Below, piece by piece: positions 50,133-61,371 of a DNA stretch of 64,000 nt. Source of the DNA: Macrostomum lignano (Eukaryota); contig NIVC01000452.1 of the NCBI GenBank assembly GCA_002269645.1, forward strand, positions 310,001 through 374,000. The letters run 5' to 3'. Position 1 is the stretch's first letter, and each line of letters begins with the position of its first letter. The notes beneath the pieces are model-generated. The model was not told where the DNA came from, did no database searches, and worked only from the letters and a program-made list of their open reading frames with translations. The position numbers were made by a program, and so were the translations under genes.

Positions 50133-52322
50133 ATGAGCGGCCTGCACTACAAGAAGGACGGGACGCTGGACATGCGCTTTAGCTCATCAAGACAGGCTGC
50201 CGCTTCGTACCAGGTGCCTGCTGCTGCTGCAAGCTTCAGCTCTTCGAGCTCGTCTTTTGCTTCCCCGTCTCGAGGTCTTGGTGGCGACGGTCTGCACTAC
50301 AAAAAGGACGGATCTCTAGACATGCGCTACAGCTCGTCTAAGCAAGCTGCTGGATCAAGCCAAGCTTCTGCAGGCAACTATGGTTCACAGAGACCAGCTC
50401 CGATCTCTTCACCAGGAGGTAACTATGGCGACGGTCTGCACTACAAAAAAGACGGAACGCTGGACATGCGCTACAGCTCATCCAAGCAAGCTGCTGGATC
50501 AAGCCAAGCTTCTGCAGGTAACTATGGCGACGGTCTGCACTACAAGAAAGATGGAACGCTGGACATGCGCTTCAGCTCGTCAAAGAAGATAGTATCGAGA
50601 GAGGCTGCGCAAGGAGGAACTTCCGGATCCAGTTCCATTGCATCGCGATTCGCTTCGCTGAATGTATCTCAGCAAGGCAACTACGGCATTCCGTCGAACG
50701 TACCAACCAAGAAGGATGGAACGCCTGACATGCGGACGAGTGCAGCCAAGGACTGGGTCGCTGAGCAAGCTCGAGTCCATGGCGAAAGCGTGCCGAGGTG
50801 GGTGCCCCGGCTCAAGGACGGTACCATCAACGAGTTCAGCCCCATTGGCAGGGTCTACAAACAGTCGTTGCCGCAGGGAAGCTGCGTCGAGTACCAAAAG
50901 AGCGACGACCAGCAGCGACGCATGGAGTATTGGGCTCGCCGAATGAGGGAGAACTCCGACTTTCAGACCCGATTCGAGACCCAGATGGAGGTCGACGTAC
51001 CGGATCCTGTGCAGTCTGAGATTTCATACCAAAGTGTCGACGAGTCTTCAGAACTCGTCGAGATCGCGGCCAGTGAGCTGGATAGGATCGAGGAGATCGG
51101 CAGAGGCGGCTTCGGAGTCGTTGAAAAAGCCGTCTGGCGCGGCATGCTGGTCGCCGCCAAGCGGCTTCATATTGATCGGATGACGCGAACGGACAAGAAG
51201 AACTTTCTACAGGAGCTCGAAATCGCCCGCACGCTGCACCTGTTTCAGCATCCCAACCTCGTGGCCACTCTGGCGTACTGCATCCAACCGCCAATCTTGG
51301 TAATGGAGCTGGTAAAGGTCGGCAGCCTCTCCTACGTGCTGCACTACAGCGAGGACGCTGACGTGGAGGCAAAAATCTGCGACGGTCGCGTTAAGCGCAA
51401 ATTAGCGTACAACATCGCGGATGGCATGAGGCAGCTGCATTCGGCCGAAATTTGCCACAGGTAAACATCAAGGAGGACTTATTGGACCTTTTTAGAAGCA
51501 CTCAGTAAAATTGCATTTTGTTTCGTCTTAGGTGTCTGAAGCTTGTGACTGTTTGCTCATTTTTGGAAAATTTTCAAGAATATGCAGCTTTTCTGCAAGT
51601 CGGATTTTAGCTTTAAAGCTAAAATTCAAAATGGATTTTTTCACTCCAAAGCCGTGAAAAACACTTGCTACAGTAATACTACATGTGCAGTAGAAAGCAC
51701 AATCAGGATGTAGAAGCTCGTAAATAGGGGTAACGATGGGCATCGCGTGTACTTAACTATCGCTTTTAGGCCTTGGATTGCTTTTAAAAGCAACAGCGCG
51801 CTAAAACTTTCTCACTTCAGAGATCTCAAGCCGCAGAACGTGTTGATCACTGACGACTGGACGGCCAAGATCGGTGACTTCGGACTGGCTCTGCTGCGGG
51901 ACCTCACCTCGGCCTCGGTGGCCTCCGATCGCCTGCAGGAGGAGGGCTGCCACGTGTACAACCCCGCAGGTACGGCCGCCTACATGGCTCCAGAGCTGCT
52001 CGAATCAACCAAGCCGTTCGAGTTCAACTGCGACGTCTACTCGTACGGCATCCTGCTCAACGAGCTCATCTCCGAGGAGCAGCCGTACAGCAGCCAGATG
52101 CGGCAATTCGGAGGCCGAGGCCCGTTCGCAGCCGCCAACTTCGCCAAGATGGGCAACCGACCGATCATCGCTCGCGGCATCGCCAAGCCCGTGAGCGACC
52201 TCATCAACAGGTGCTGGCACGCCGATCCGAGCAGCAGGCCGAAGTTCGAGGAGGTCATGCTCAGCATCAAGGACAAGCGGTTCGTCATTCCCAACGGCGG
52301 CGGACTTCTTGTACGAAATTGA
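50133..52322 (+). CDS. TKL-group Ser/Thr protein kinase (609 aa) with an N-terminal LHYKKDGTLDMR repeat region; exons 50133-51460 and 51821-52322
   Basis: IGRGGFGVV, VAAK, H-R|D-LKPQN across a 360-bp phase-2 GT-AG intron, DFG, GTAAYMAPE, DVYSYG; 1830 nt including the stop. Confidence 0.92.
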
Positions 52323-53109
52323 AGCTATTATTCAAAGTCTGGGACGCTTGCAATTGTAATAACCTGAATGGTTTTTGTATTCATCACTTTTATCAAAAGC
52401 ATGGAAAAGGGAGTTTTAACGCTTATTTATTCCAGAAGTCAATTACATTCCACATTCAGAATTCAATCTTCGTCTTGTCTGTTTGATCAAAGGGGACGGT
52501 TGTTTTATTCAATTCTAGTTTTTAGCTCGCACTCTATAAGCATAGTGTGTTTAGTTTGCATGCTTATTGTACGTCGTCTTACGGGCCATTTTCAGTTATA
52601 TTTTTATCATTACAGATTACTGTAATCAAACATTCTTTTATGTACCTTTGCCTAAAGTTTTAGTTTTGGGTTTAATATCTGCATGCAATTTTTAGCACAA
52701 ATTAGCAGGTACGACTATAATACATACATACATCCTTAAACAAGACGTTTTATTGTTTTGCAAGTTGTTCGGTCATAAGATAAAACGTTGCATGTTTTGT
52801 TTTCAATTAAGAATATTTTTGCCTCCTTTGTACGACCTACCCAACTTGGCGGCCTTGCACTCATAAATTGCCTGTCCGGACACTTCTGACACCAACAGAG
52901 GCATCGGTGACAGCCAAAGTGGTGCTCCGATTGCATGTAGGTCAGGTAGGTCAAACCATGGAGGAAAGAATAGAATGAAGTGCTAATCTGAGCCAGTATT
53001 TTTGTTTCGCTCGATCTTCACTTTTAGCATCCCTTCCCCCCGCTCCTTCCTATTGGCTCGCGACTGCCATAGACAAACTCGTTTTCGTCTCGTTTTTTGT
53101 TTTTGTCCC

Positions 53110-53570
53110 CCTCTGAAAGTAACACCCTCTGAAAGTAACACCCTCTGAAAGTAACACCCTCTGAAAGTAACACCCTCTGAAAGTAACACACTCTGAAAGT
53201 AACACACTCTGAAAGTAACACCCTCTGAAAGTAACACCCTCTGAAAGTAACACCCTCTGAAAGTAACACCCTCTGAAAGTAACACCCTCTGAAAGTAACA
53301 CCCTCTGAAAGTAACACACTCTGAAAGTAACACCCTCTGAAAGTAACACCCTCTGAAAGTAACACCCTCTGAAAGTAACACCCTCTGAAAGTAACACCCT
53401 CTGAAAGTAACACCCTCTGAAAGTAACACACTCTGAAAGTAACACCCTCTGAAAGTAACACCCTCTGAAAGTAACACCCTCTGAAAGTAACACACTCTGA
53501 AAGTAACACCCTCTGAAAGTAAAACCCTCTAAAAGTAACACACTCTGAAAGTAACACCCTCTGAAAGTAA
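53110..53570. repeat. 16-bp minisatellite ctctgaaagtaacacc
   Basis: About 29 units. Confidence 0.95.
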
Positions 53571-54027
53571 TATCGTTGTCTATGTATGACTATAATGTCA
53601 GTGGAAACCGCATGCAAGGCTTTGAGCAAAAATTCAACCTTCCCTCTGTACATTGGGTCAATTCATAAGATTCACCTTAATATAAACCTTGTCAATGATA
53701 CAATACGTTGATACGTTATATTTGGCAGTGTTTAGAAGGTTCATGCAATGAATTGAGTCTTCACAATAAGGCTTTATCTTTCGGCTACTAGCCAAACGAA
53801 CAAAAAAACCAAGAAGCACAACTCTCCCTGGGGAGACTAATAATTATATAATTTAACCAACAAATCAATTTTTATAAATAAATGGGGTGGTGGCTGCTGA
53901 AGATATTAGCAATGGGGGCTGGGGCTGAAACGTACGTATACAAAAATTAATGGCATGATGAAAATTTTACGCAGGTGAATCCATGCAAATACATTTAAAT
54001 GAAGCTCTCTCCTAAACGGGCAGTGTA

Positions 54028-55417
54028 CACCATTTTACCCTCGATTTTGAACAAGGAGAACTTCGAGACTGACAAACTCCTCTTCAATATTGACACTCTA
54101 TGGTCGGGCACTCAAAATCTACAATCAATATTGACAGATCAAGCTTCAATTTTGACAAACTCTGGTTCAATTTTGACAATGCACGTTTAGTCAACTTCTC
54201 CTGGGAGAATTCGGTAACAAAGTAATCCAATGAAAGCCTGAACGGGGCTGAAGTGAGCTGTGCAAAATCAGCTTATTCTGACTTTGCTTTTTGGATCTAC
54301 AAGTATTGATAAAAAAAATTTTCTCCATCCTTTACACGCAGACTAAAATATCCTGACTGGTTGGGCTGCAAAGTCCGATTCTATTTTGACAGAGTTGCTT
54401 CAAAACTGACACTATGGTTTGTGTACCCAAAAAGTCCGCTTCATTTTTGACTACTCCTAATCAATATTGAACAGTTTACAATCAGTTTTGACTAAGACAT
54501 TTTTAAAAATCGATTTGGACAATTTTTACTAAGATTTCTCTCTTGAGGGGGTACTTGCTATTTGGGAGAGGGGGTACTGGCTGCATGTATCTACGAGTAC
54601 ATGTATGGGAATCTTTCTATCCAGGGATGCTTGCTTGAGTCCCTGCTCTCTCAAGGGACTCTAGCAAAAGGCCGGTCATTTAACATCCCAAGACAGCAAG
54701 CATACACCCAGATAGCCAGCATACACCCAGATAGCAAGCATCTTGCAGATAGCAAGCATCATCCAGGTAGCAAACATCCAACCAGATAGCAAACATCCAA
54801 CCAGATAGCAAGCATCCCTGGATAGAAAGATTCCCATACATGTACTCGTAGATACATGCAGCCAGTACCCCCTCTCCCAAATAGCAAGTACCCCCCTCAA
54901 GAGAGAAATCTTAGTAAAAATTGTCAAAATCTATTTTAAAAAATGTCTTAGTCAAAATCGATTGTAAACTGTTCAATATTGATTAGGAGTAGTCAAAAAT
55001 GAAGCGGACTTTTTGGGTACACAAACCATAGAGTGTCAGTTTTGAAGCAACTCTGTCAAAATAGAATCGGACTTTGCAGCCCAACCAGTCAGGATATTTT
55101 AGTCTGCGTGTAAAGGATGGAGAAAATTTTTTTTATCAATACTTGTAGATCCAAAAAGCAAAGTCAGAATAAGCTGATTTTGCACAGCTCACTTCAGCCC
55201 CGTTCAGGCTTTCATTGGATTACTTTGTTACCGAATTCTCCCAGGAGAAGTTGACTAAACGTGCATTGTCAAAATTGAACCAGAGTTTGTCAAAATTGAA
55301 GCTTGATCTGTCAATATTGATTGTAGATTTTGAGTGCCCGACCATAGAGTGTCAATATTGAAGAGGAGTTTGTCAGTCTCGAAGTTCTCCTTGTTTAAAA
55401 TCGAGGGTAAACTGGTG
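54028..55417. mobile_element. Foldback/long-TIR non-autonomous DNA element (1390 bp) with TA flanks
   Basis: Arms 54028-54635 and 54807-55417 are near-perfect reverse complements; 171-bp spacer with short cagatagcaagcatc repeats; TA|CACC..GGTG|TA. Confidence 0.88.
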
Positions 55418-55559
55418 TATAACGTTATACATACAAGAGTATTCGAACCATTGGGCATGACGAAATTACTGCTACGAGCGTATCAAAGCGGGGGTGGGGG
55501 GCACAGCCCCCCACATTTAACCATAGATATAAAAATTAAAGTAAAAGATTCGATGCTTA

Positions 55560-55849
55560 AATTAAAAGCTAGGGACGATATAGCCCGCGTCACTGGACAT
55601 TCGTCCAACGCAATAGAGAGGTACATACGGCTAGACGTCCAGGATCATTCGCGTATGACCTACGCTCTACACGCCGGAGGAGCCGTGGAGTCCAATGGGC
55701 GGACCAATGAGCAAGATGTCGTGTCTGAGGGTACTACCAAGAAGATGCGCATGACTGTCCACGGTGACACCAACACCGTAGAAATCATGTTCGAGAGAAT
55801 CGGCAAGAATGAATCGGTCGTTACTGCTGTTGATAGTTTATACTTCTAA
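55560..55849 (+). pseudogene. Tyrosine-recombinase (Crypton/DUF3504-like) C-terminal fragment
   Basis: DDIARVTGHSSNAIERYIR resembles the I..TGH.S....Y box-II motif, followed by KKMRMTVHGDTNTVEIMFE; no upstream catalytic region. Confidence 0.55.
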
Positions 55850-56558
55850 TGGACTAACTGACAAATTATAGTCGTTCTAAAATGTTCTCAAGCCTTGTTC
55901 TTAGGCCTGTTAACCGGTTAACAGGCCTCGTTTTGAGTTCTCAGGCTTCGTTTTTTAGTGAGGTTTGGCCATAGACTATCATTCTACACAGAAAAGAAGG
56001 AGCCTAGGAATTTAGTGTGAACCGTCATATCTGTAGGTTAACTTATATTCCCTAGATAGGCCACTTTGTATTGCGGCAATAGGCAAAAGCGCGACCGCTG
56101 TTTTTCGTCACTTGTGCGAAAAAAGCCGACGTGGGTTGCTTAAATTTAAGTTCAGTAGCTTGGGGACATAGACGCTATTTTTGAGAATTCGATAGAACTT
56201 CTCATCAATTAAATAAAAAGCTACTCAATCAAACTATAAGAATGATGCATGCACTGCAGAGACTACTGATGAAATTTAGTTCAGTAGCTGATTTTCGCGC
56301 TGTCGCGAGTTGCAGAATTCTTCACTTTGGCTTCTATGGCCTCAAAAGTTTATAAGCCCAACTTTTGTGGCTTATTACCACTACAAGACTGGCTTTGCCT
56401 GCTAGCATACCCGTTCCCGACGGCTTGGTCCGAAATCTGGCCATAGACAAATTAAACAAATTTTCTTAGTCTCACTTTCACACCCAAGTCAAATGCATTC
56501 CATAGAGTTCTAGCATAGTTTCCAAGATCCATTCAAACTAATCGTTTATCAACAAACC

Positions 56559-58247
56559 ATGGATTCTGGTGCGAGTTCGGATTCAGCTGATTCGTCTAGC
56601 TATTACTCAACTGCTGACGAGGCTGTTGATGAGTTTGACGATGAGGTTAAGAACCCAGGAGTCGAGAATGTTGGTGAGTGGCACATAGTTCAAGGTGACA
56701 CTGATAATCGACCATCAGCCTTGCCTGAATTCCTCGGTACCCCCGGTGCACGACCTGATTGGCATTCTCCACATGCTGCGGATGGAAACGAAGAAGCTTT
56801 CCAGAAGCTATTTCTGACGGACCAACTGTTTGAAGATATTAGCCGATGGACCAACGCAAAAGCTTGGAAGATCTTTCAGGAGGCAGAGATTCAGGATGCT
56901 GTACCGAAGCTCATGTTAAACTGGCGTGATTGCTCCACTAATGAAGCTCGAAGGTTGGTGGGCATTGTGCTGCTCATGGGAGTCGACAAGAAGCCAGAAA
57001 TAGCCAGCTACTGGTCAACCGACCTGATCTTTCACTGCCCGTTTCTTTCCAAGCCTTTCTCTCTATCAAGAGACCGATTTAAGCAGCTCCTGTCGTGTCT
57101 CCGTTTCTACGACTGCTCCGAGGCTTTTGGTGCTGGTCCATTGGCAAAGATGGAGCCCTTTCTCGATCGTGTGAGGCACCTCTGCAACAATAACTACATG
57201 CCCCGACAGCGACTTTCAATTGATGAGACGCTGGTGCTTTACAAAGGGAGAGTTGCTTTCAAGCAATATATCACGTCGAAGCGAAGCAAGTATGGCATAA
57301 AGCTGTACGGCCTCTGCGAGACTGAGAGTTCATATTTATGGAACTTCGTCTTGCACACGTCTCCTGAGGTTAATCAACAGTTTGGTGAAGGACTCAGATG
57401 TCAAGGCTTGAGTATGAGCGAGAGAGTTGTGGCAGAGCTGTGCCGCGGTCTCCTCCATCTCGGACATCATGTGTTCACTGATAGTTGGTTTACATCACGC
57501 CGGCTGGCCAATTGGTTGCTGCAACACGATACGCTGCTGACCGGGACGGTGCGGAAGGATCGCGGCATTCCCGCTGATTTGCAGGCTGTCAACATCCACC
57601 CAACTTCATCTGCATACGCACGTTCAGGTGACCTCTTAGCGTGTAAATTTGTCGACAGGAAGCGAAGCGGCACCAAGACCCTGTATTCGCTGGACACGGC
57701 GGGCAAGGCAGAATGCATTCAGGTTCAACGCAACCGTCGCGGTGGTGCAATGCAGGTTGTGCAAAAGCCTGCTAGCGTGCTTGCCTATTCTTCAAGTATG
57801 GGCGGGATTGACCATTTGGACGCCTCAATGCACCCGTATCTCGCGAACCGAAAGCGCATGCGCTGGTTCCACAAGCTGGGATTTCATCTTCTTGCGATGC
57901 TTGTGCGGAACTCGTGGGTGATCTACCGACAGTCAGGTGGCACAAAGATTCTTCTGCAGTTTCTGAGGCTGGCAATAAAGAGTCTTGTGGAGGACACTGG
58001 GGTTGCCAGGAGACGTGGACCTACACCAGGTGGTGCTGGCGCTCTTGCTATTGGCGGAGGAGATGGTGCTGACGCCCATTCACCAAGCAAGGCTCCAAGA
58101 ATCGGAGACCAGGTCCGACCACGCAAAAGATGTCGTGTTTGCTATGCAGCTGGCCAGGTCAAGAAGACTATATTCGTTTGCGAAGCCTGCCCGGGAGTTC
58201 CAGCCCTTTGCCTAGGTGCCTGTTTTTTACAGTGGCACTCGCACTAA
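56559..58247 (+). CDS. piggyBac (PGBD4-like, DDE_Tnp_1_7) transposase, intact 562-aa ORF
   Basis: SIDE, KRSKYGIKLY, TDSWFTS, LTGTVRKDR, MGGIDHLD, and a C-terminal CRVC..CEAC..LC..CF..WH cysteine-rich domain. Confidence 0.93.
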   Translation: MDSGASSDSADSSSYYSTADEAVDEFDDEVKNPGVENVGEWHIVQGDTDNRPSALPEFLGTPGARPDWHSPHAADGNEEAFQKLFLTDQLFEDISRWTNAKAWKIFQEAEIQDAVPKLMLNWRDCSTNEARRLVGIVLLMGVDKKPEIASYWSTDLIFHCPFLSKPFSLSRDRFKQLLSCLRFYDCSEAFGAGPLAKMEPFLDRVRHLCNNNYMPRQRLSIDETLVLYKGRVAFKQYITSKRSKYGIKLYGLCETESSYLWNFVLHTSPEVNQQFGEGLRCQGLSMSERVVAELCRGLLHLGHHVFTDSWFTSRRLANWLLQHDTLLTGTVRKDRGIPADLQAVNIHPTSSAYARSGDLLACKFVDRKRSGTKTLYSLDTAGKAECIQVQRNRRGGAMQVVQKPASVLAYSSSMGGIDHLDASMHPYLANRKRMRWFHKLGFHLLAMLVRNSWVIYRQSGGTKILLQFLRLAIKSLVEDTGVARRRGPTPGGAGALAIGGGDGADAHSPSKAPRIGDQVRPRKRCRVCYAAGQVKKTIFVCEACPGVPALCLGACFLQWHSH

Positions 58248-59081
58248 CTATTAGCTATTAGCTTTATTACCTTTAAACCATTAGATGAATCAAAACCGTT
58301 ATTACGTAATCGAATTTTTGTTTATGTTAATGTTCGTTATTCACTGAATTGTTATACGTTGAATTATTCGTGTATGAATTTTTTTCGGCTCTATTGCAGT
58401 CTCGTGCAAGTGCATGTACCACAGTTCTGAGTCTCCTATTCAGGCACAATCCCTTAACTGGCCGTTCCCTTTCATCACCTACCCACATGTACCTAACCAC
58501 CTACCTAACTACCCACCTACCTACTCATTGTACCATCCTGCTTACTCGTATCTTACAGATGCTCCAGTGTTTACATCTTTTCCTATTTGGAAATTGTCCC
58601 TTATAAGTCATGTAATTAGACTATTCCGGCTTTATTGGGAACAAGCTTACTTCGTACAAGCAATTTTTACAGTTTTGTTGAAAACTTCCGCGGTGTAGTT
58701 TTATTATAAACGAGCAATTAAAATTACAGGTATGACAGATCTAAGCTAATAATTCTCATTTTTGTGTCATCTACTATTTGCAACATTCTTAGACACTGAC
58801 CCGAAATCGGGCCATTCCCGTCGGGAACGGGTGTGCTGAGATGATGATTGTCATTAACTTTTCTGAGCTCAAGTGTCCCTTTTCGGGGTATCAATGAATG
58901 AAATTTCGTCTCGAATTTTCGTAGTCTATGGTAAAACAAGTTGCAACCAAGTATGCTTTTATATTTGAAAAGAAATTATACATTTATAGGATTATTATGA
59001 TTTTGTTTTCTTTTACGCTTTCGCACTTTTATAATTTCTTTACAGTAACGCAACAATTTTCGGCTTGTTAGTTTAGTTCAT

Positions 59082-59417
59082 TCAATCAAACGACGTTTTA
59101 CTTATTCCAAACTGCTTACCAACTCCAGTTAGATTAAACGTGCAATTCTGGAAGGTCCCGTTGAAGTTCACGACGATTGCAGCCGGCTCTGATTGCCGTT
59201 CTCCATACTTGGTTTCAATAGCCCTTGTCTCACTGATCACCACTTCACCATCCTGACCAACACGACGGATAGGAACCTGGGAGGCGCTTGTCTCGACGCT
59301 CAGCGCTGATGACATTGCACGGAAGTCGGCATCGCGCCTCACTCGCGTACCGGTATAGCGCTCTACACTCGCTGAATTCTTGTGGCCGGTGTTAACCGCG
59401 ATGGTCCTGATCTTCGC
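59082..59417 (-). pseudogene. Second tyrosine-recombinase (Crypton/DUF3504-like) C-terminal fragment
   Basis: IAVNTGHKNSASVERY (TGH at 59390-59382, Tyr at 59357-59355), then RDADFRAMSSAL and a terminal VVNFNGTFQNCTFNL; in-frame stop just upstream at 59420-59418. Confidence 0.5.
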
Positions 59418-60739
59418 TTAGGATCTGAATCTCTTCAGCGTCTAGTTGTCGAGCGAACTCGCCACTCAATTCTCTCAAATAGCGGGTTGCTGACTCTGAC
59501 GACACCCAATTCAACTCCTCTGTTGACAGACCACTGATAAGAAACTTTGGTCGGGCAGATTCGCATAGTTCAACATTCTTAGTCAGTAGTTGATTAGACA
59601 GACAGAACTTTCTAGAATCGTTGCTTCAAAACGCGGCTCCATAGCCCAGTCCTCTCGATTAATCCGAGTGTTTAGTCTATGGCACAAAGATTTGCCCATC
59701 CACCGAAAAAAATAGCCTTCGACCATAGACTTTCTCAACTTTCTGCCTATCTCTAACATAGTGCCCGCAAATTTACACATTGTTACCCGCAAATTTCTTG
59801 CATTGATTAAGTTAATGACAATATTATTGGCGCCCTCAAAATTCCACATTGACAACTGCAAAATTCTATGTTAATGTTATATTGATTTGCCATAGACTTT
59901 TACAAACGCGCAGCCGTTCGCTTCGGTGCTGGCGGGATGACCCGAAATCGGGCCATCCGCCCGCTCATGGTCAATAGGCCACAAGGTTAATAAGCCGCCT
60001 ATATCTTGTTTATTTGTGATCTTTGGTCAAACCTGGGTACTGCAGTATGACGCAAGAGTCAGATGCGTTCACAGCTGAGCTGCTCTGTCCCATGACTCTC
60101 ATTAACTTAAAAAATCCTCACAAGTGTCGCATCATACTACTGACATGAGCTGCTAGCTTGATTCTGAGCAGATTCGCTTTACTTTATGTGTGCCGGCCCG
60201 CTGTCAACCTGTAAACGAGAGCACACTGACCGCGGCACCATTCAAGATAAATATTGCACTTATAATTACATGCATAAAAAGGCAGTTAGTTCTCTGAAAA
60301 TATTGCCTCCTTAAATCACGAATAGTGTTCTAGCTAAACATGCTTATACCTCGTGTGCAATAGCTGCGTAAACTTTAGCTCATTCAAAGCCCTTCAGGTC
60401 AATATCGATTTGCTACAGAGTATGCTTATTTTAATACAGTCCATAGCGTGGCCATCGATTCTTTCCTGCCAACAAGGAGGGGGTGGTTGTAATGGGGCTG
60501 CGAGAAAACACCTGCCCTTGAAAGCGACCATCGACCACTTGGCAGCTGGCCTGGCTACGGTCGGCGCGGCAATTACTCGCATGGGGGAACCATTTTTTTA
60601 ATTTCTCAACCAACTAGCTCGAGTGGACTTGGTAGAAAATGCAAGTGGTGTACCGAATTCCCTGATTACCGATTAACCGGTTCTCGATTCACCTACCCGT
60701 ACATGTACTTATTTACAATTCATATCCGGTTCGCTCCTT

Positions 60740-61075
60740 GGCCCCGTGCCTCTTGCCCCATATCCACGCCACGGTCATTAACTGTCAGATTAGTGACTGG
60801 GCGGATATCCTGCACCTATGCAGATGGGACGACATTCCCGACTGCTGCCAATCCCGATCGGCAGTGCCCAATCTGTCCCTCAAGTTGTTGAGAATCCTTT
60901 TGAACCAGAATCGAAAAGATATCCGCGCTCTCACTATGACCTTCACAGGTCACGGTTGCTTTGCCAGGCACTGCTTCCTCCGAGGCGTCCGCCGGAGTGA
61001 ACTCTGCCACTTCTGCAACCTCGAAAATGAAGACGCCAAGCACTTCGTCTGCTACTGCCCGGCCTTCAACCTGTC
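60740..61075 (+). mobile_element. 3' fragment of a non-LTR retrotransposon ORF2 (I/R1/Loa-like C-terminal CCHC region)
   Basis: LTMTFTGHGCFARH..CHFC..EDAKHFVCYCPAF. Confidence 0.75.
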
Positions 61076-61371
61076 CCTGGACAATCCCCGGAAGAAAACA
61101 TCCCACGGCTCATCCGGTTCCTCCGGGCTACCAAACGAGCCTCCGTCTTCCCCACCAAAGACAACGCTGCAGACAGGACCGGCAGACCTCCCTGACCGGC
61201 CCCGCACCCTAGCCTATGCAGGCTTTTCAGAGATTAGCGAAATAGGCGACGCCCGCCTCCCCGCTGCGTCTTCGGACCGTCCTACAGCTATGTCAAGTAA
61301 GTCCCTATTCCCGATTTGCCAATAATCGATTCCCAGATTCACCGATTCCCAATTCACCGATTTCCGATTCA

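Larger units (their letters stand above)
56362..59986 (+). mobile_element. Putative extent of the piggyBac element (right end intact, left end degenerate)
   Basis: Right end ..caataggccacaagg|TTAA (59987-59990); its reverse complement resembles 56362-56380 (preceded by ccaa); internal inverted repeats 56403-56445 / 58793-58838. Confidence 0.45.

Noticed and set aside
59583-59861. 92-aa minus-strand ORF as the upstream part of the recombinase
   Set aside because: It is out of frame with the TGH..Y segment and shows no clear R or HxxR catalytic motif, so it was left unassigned.
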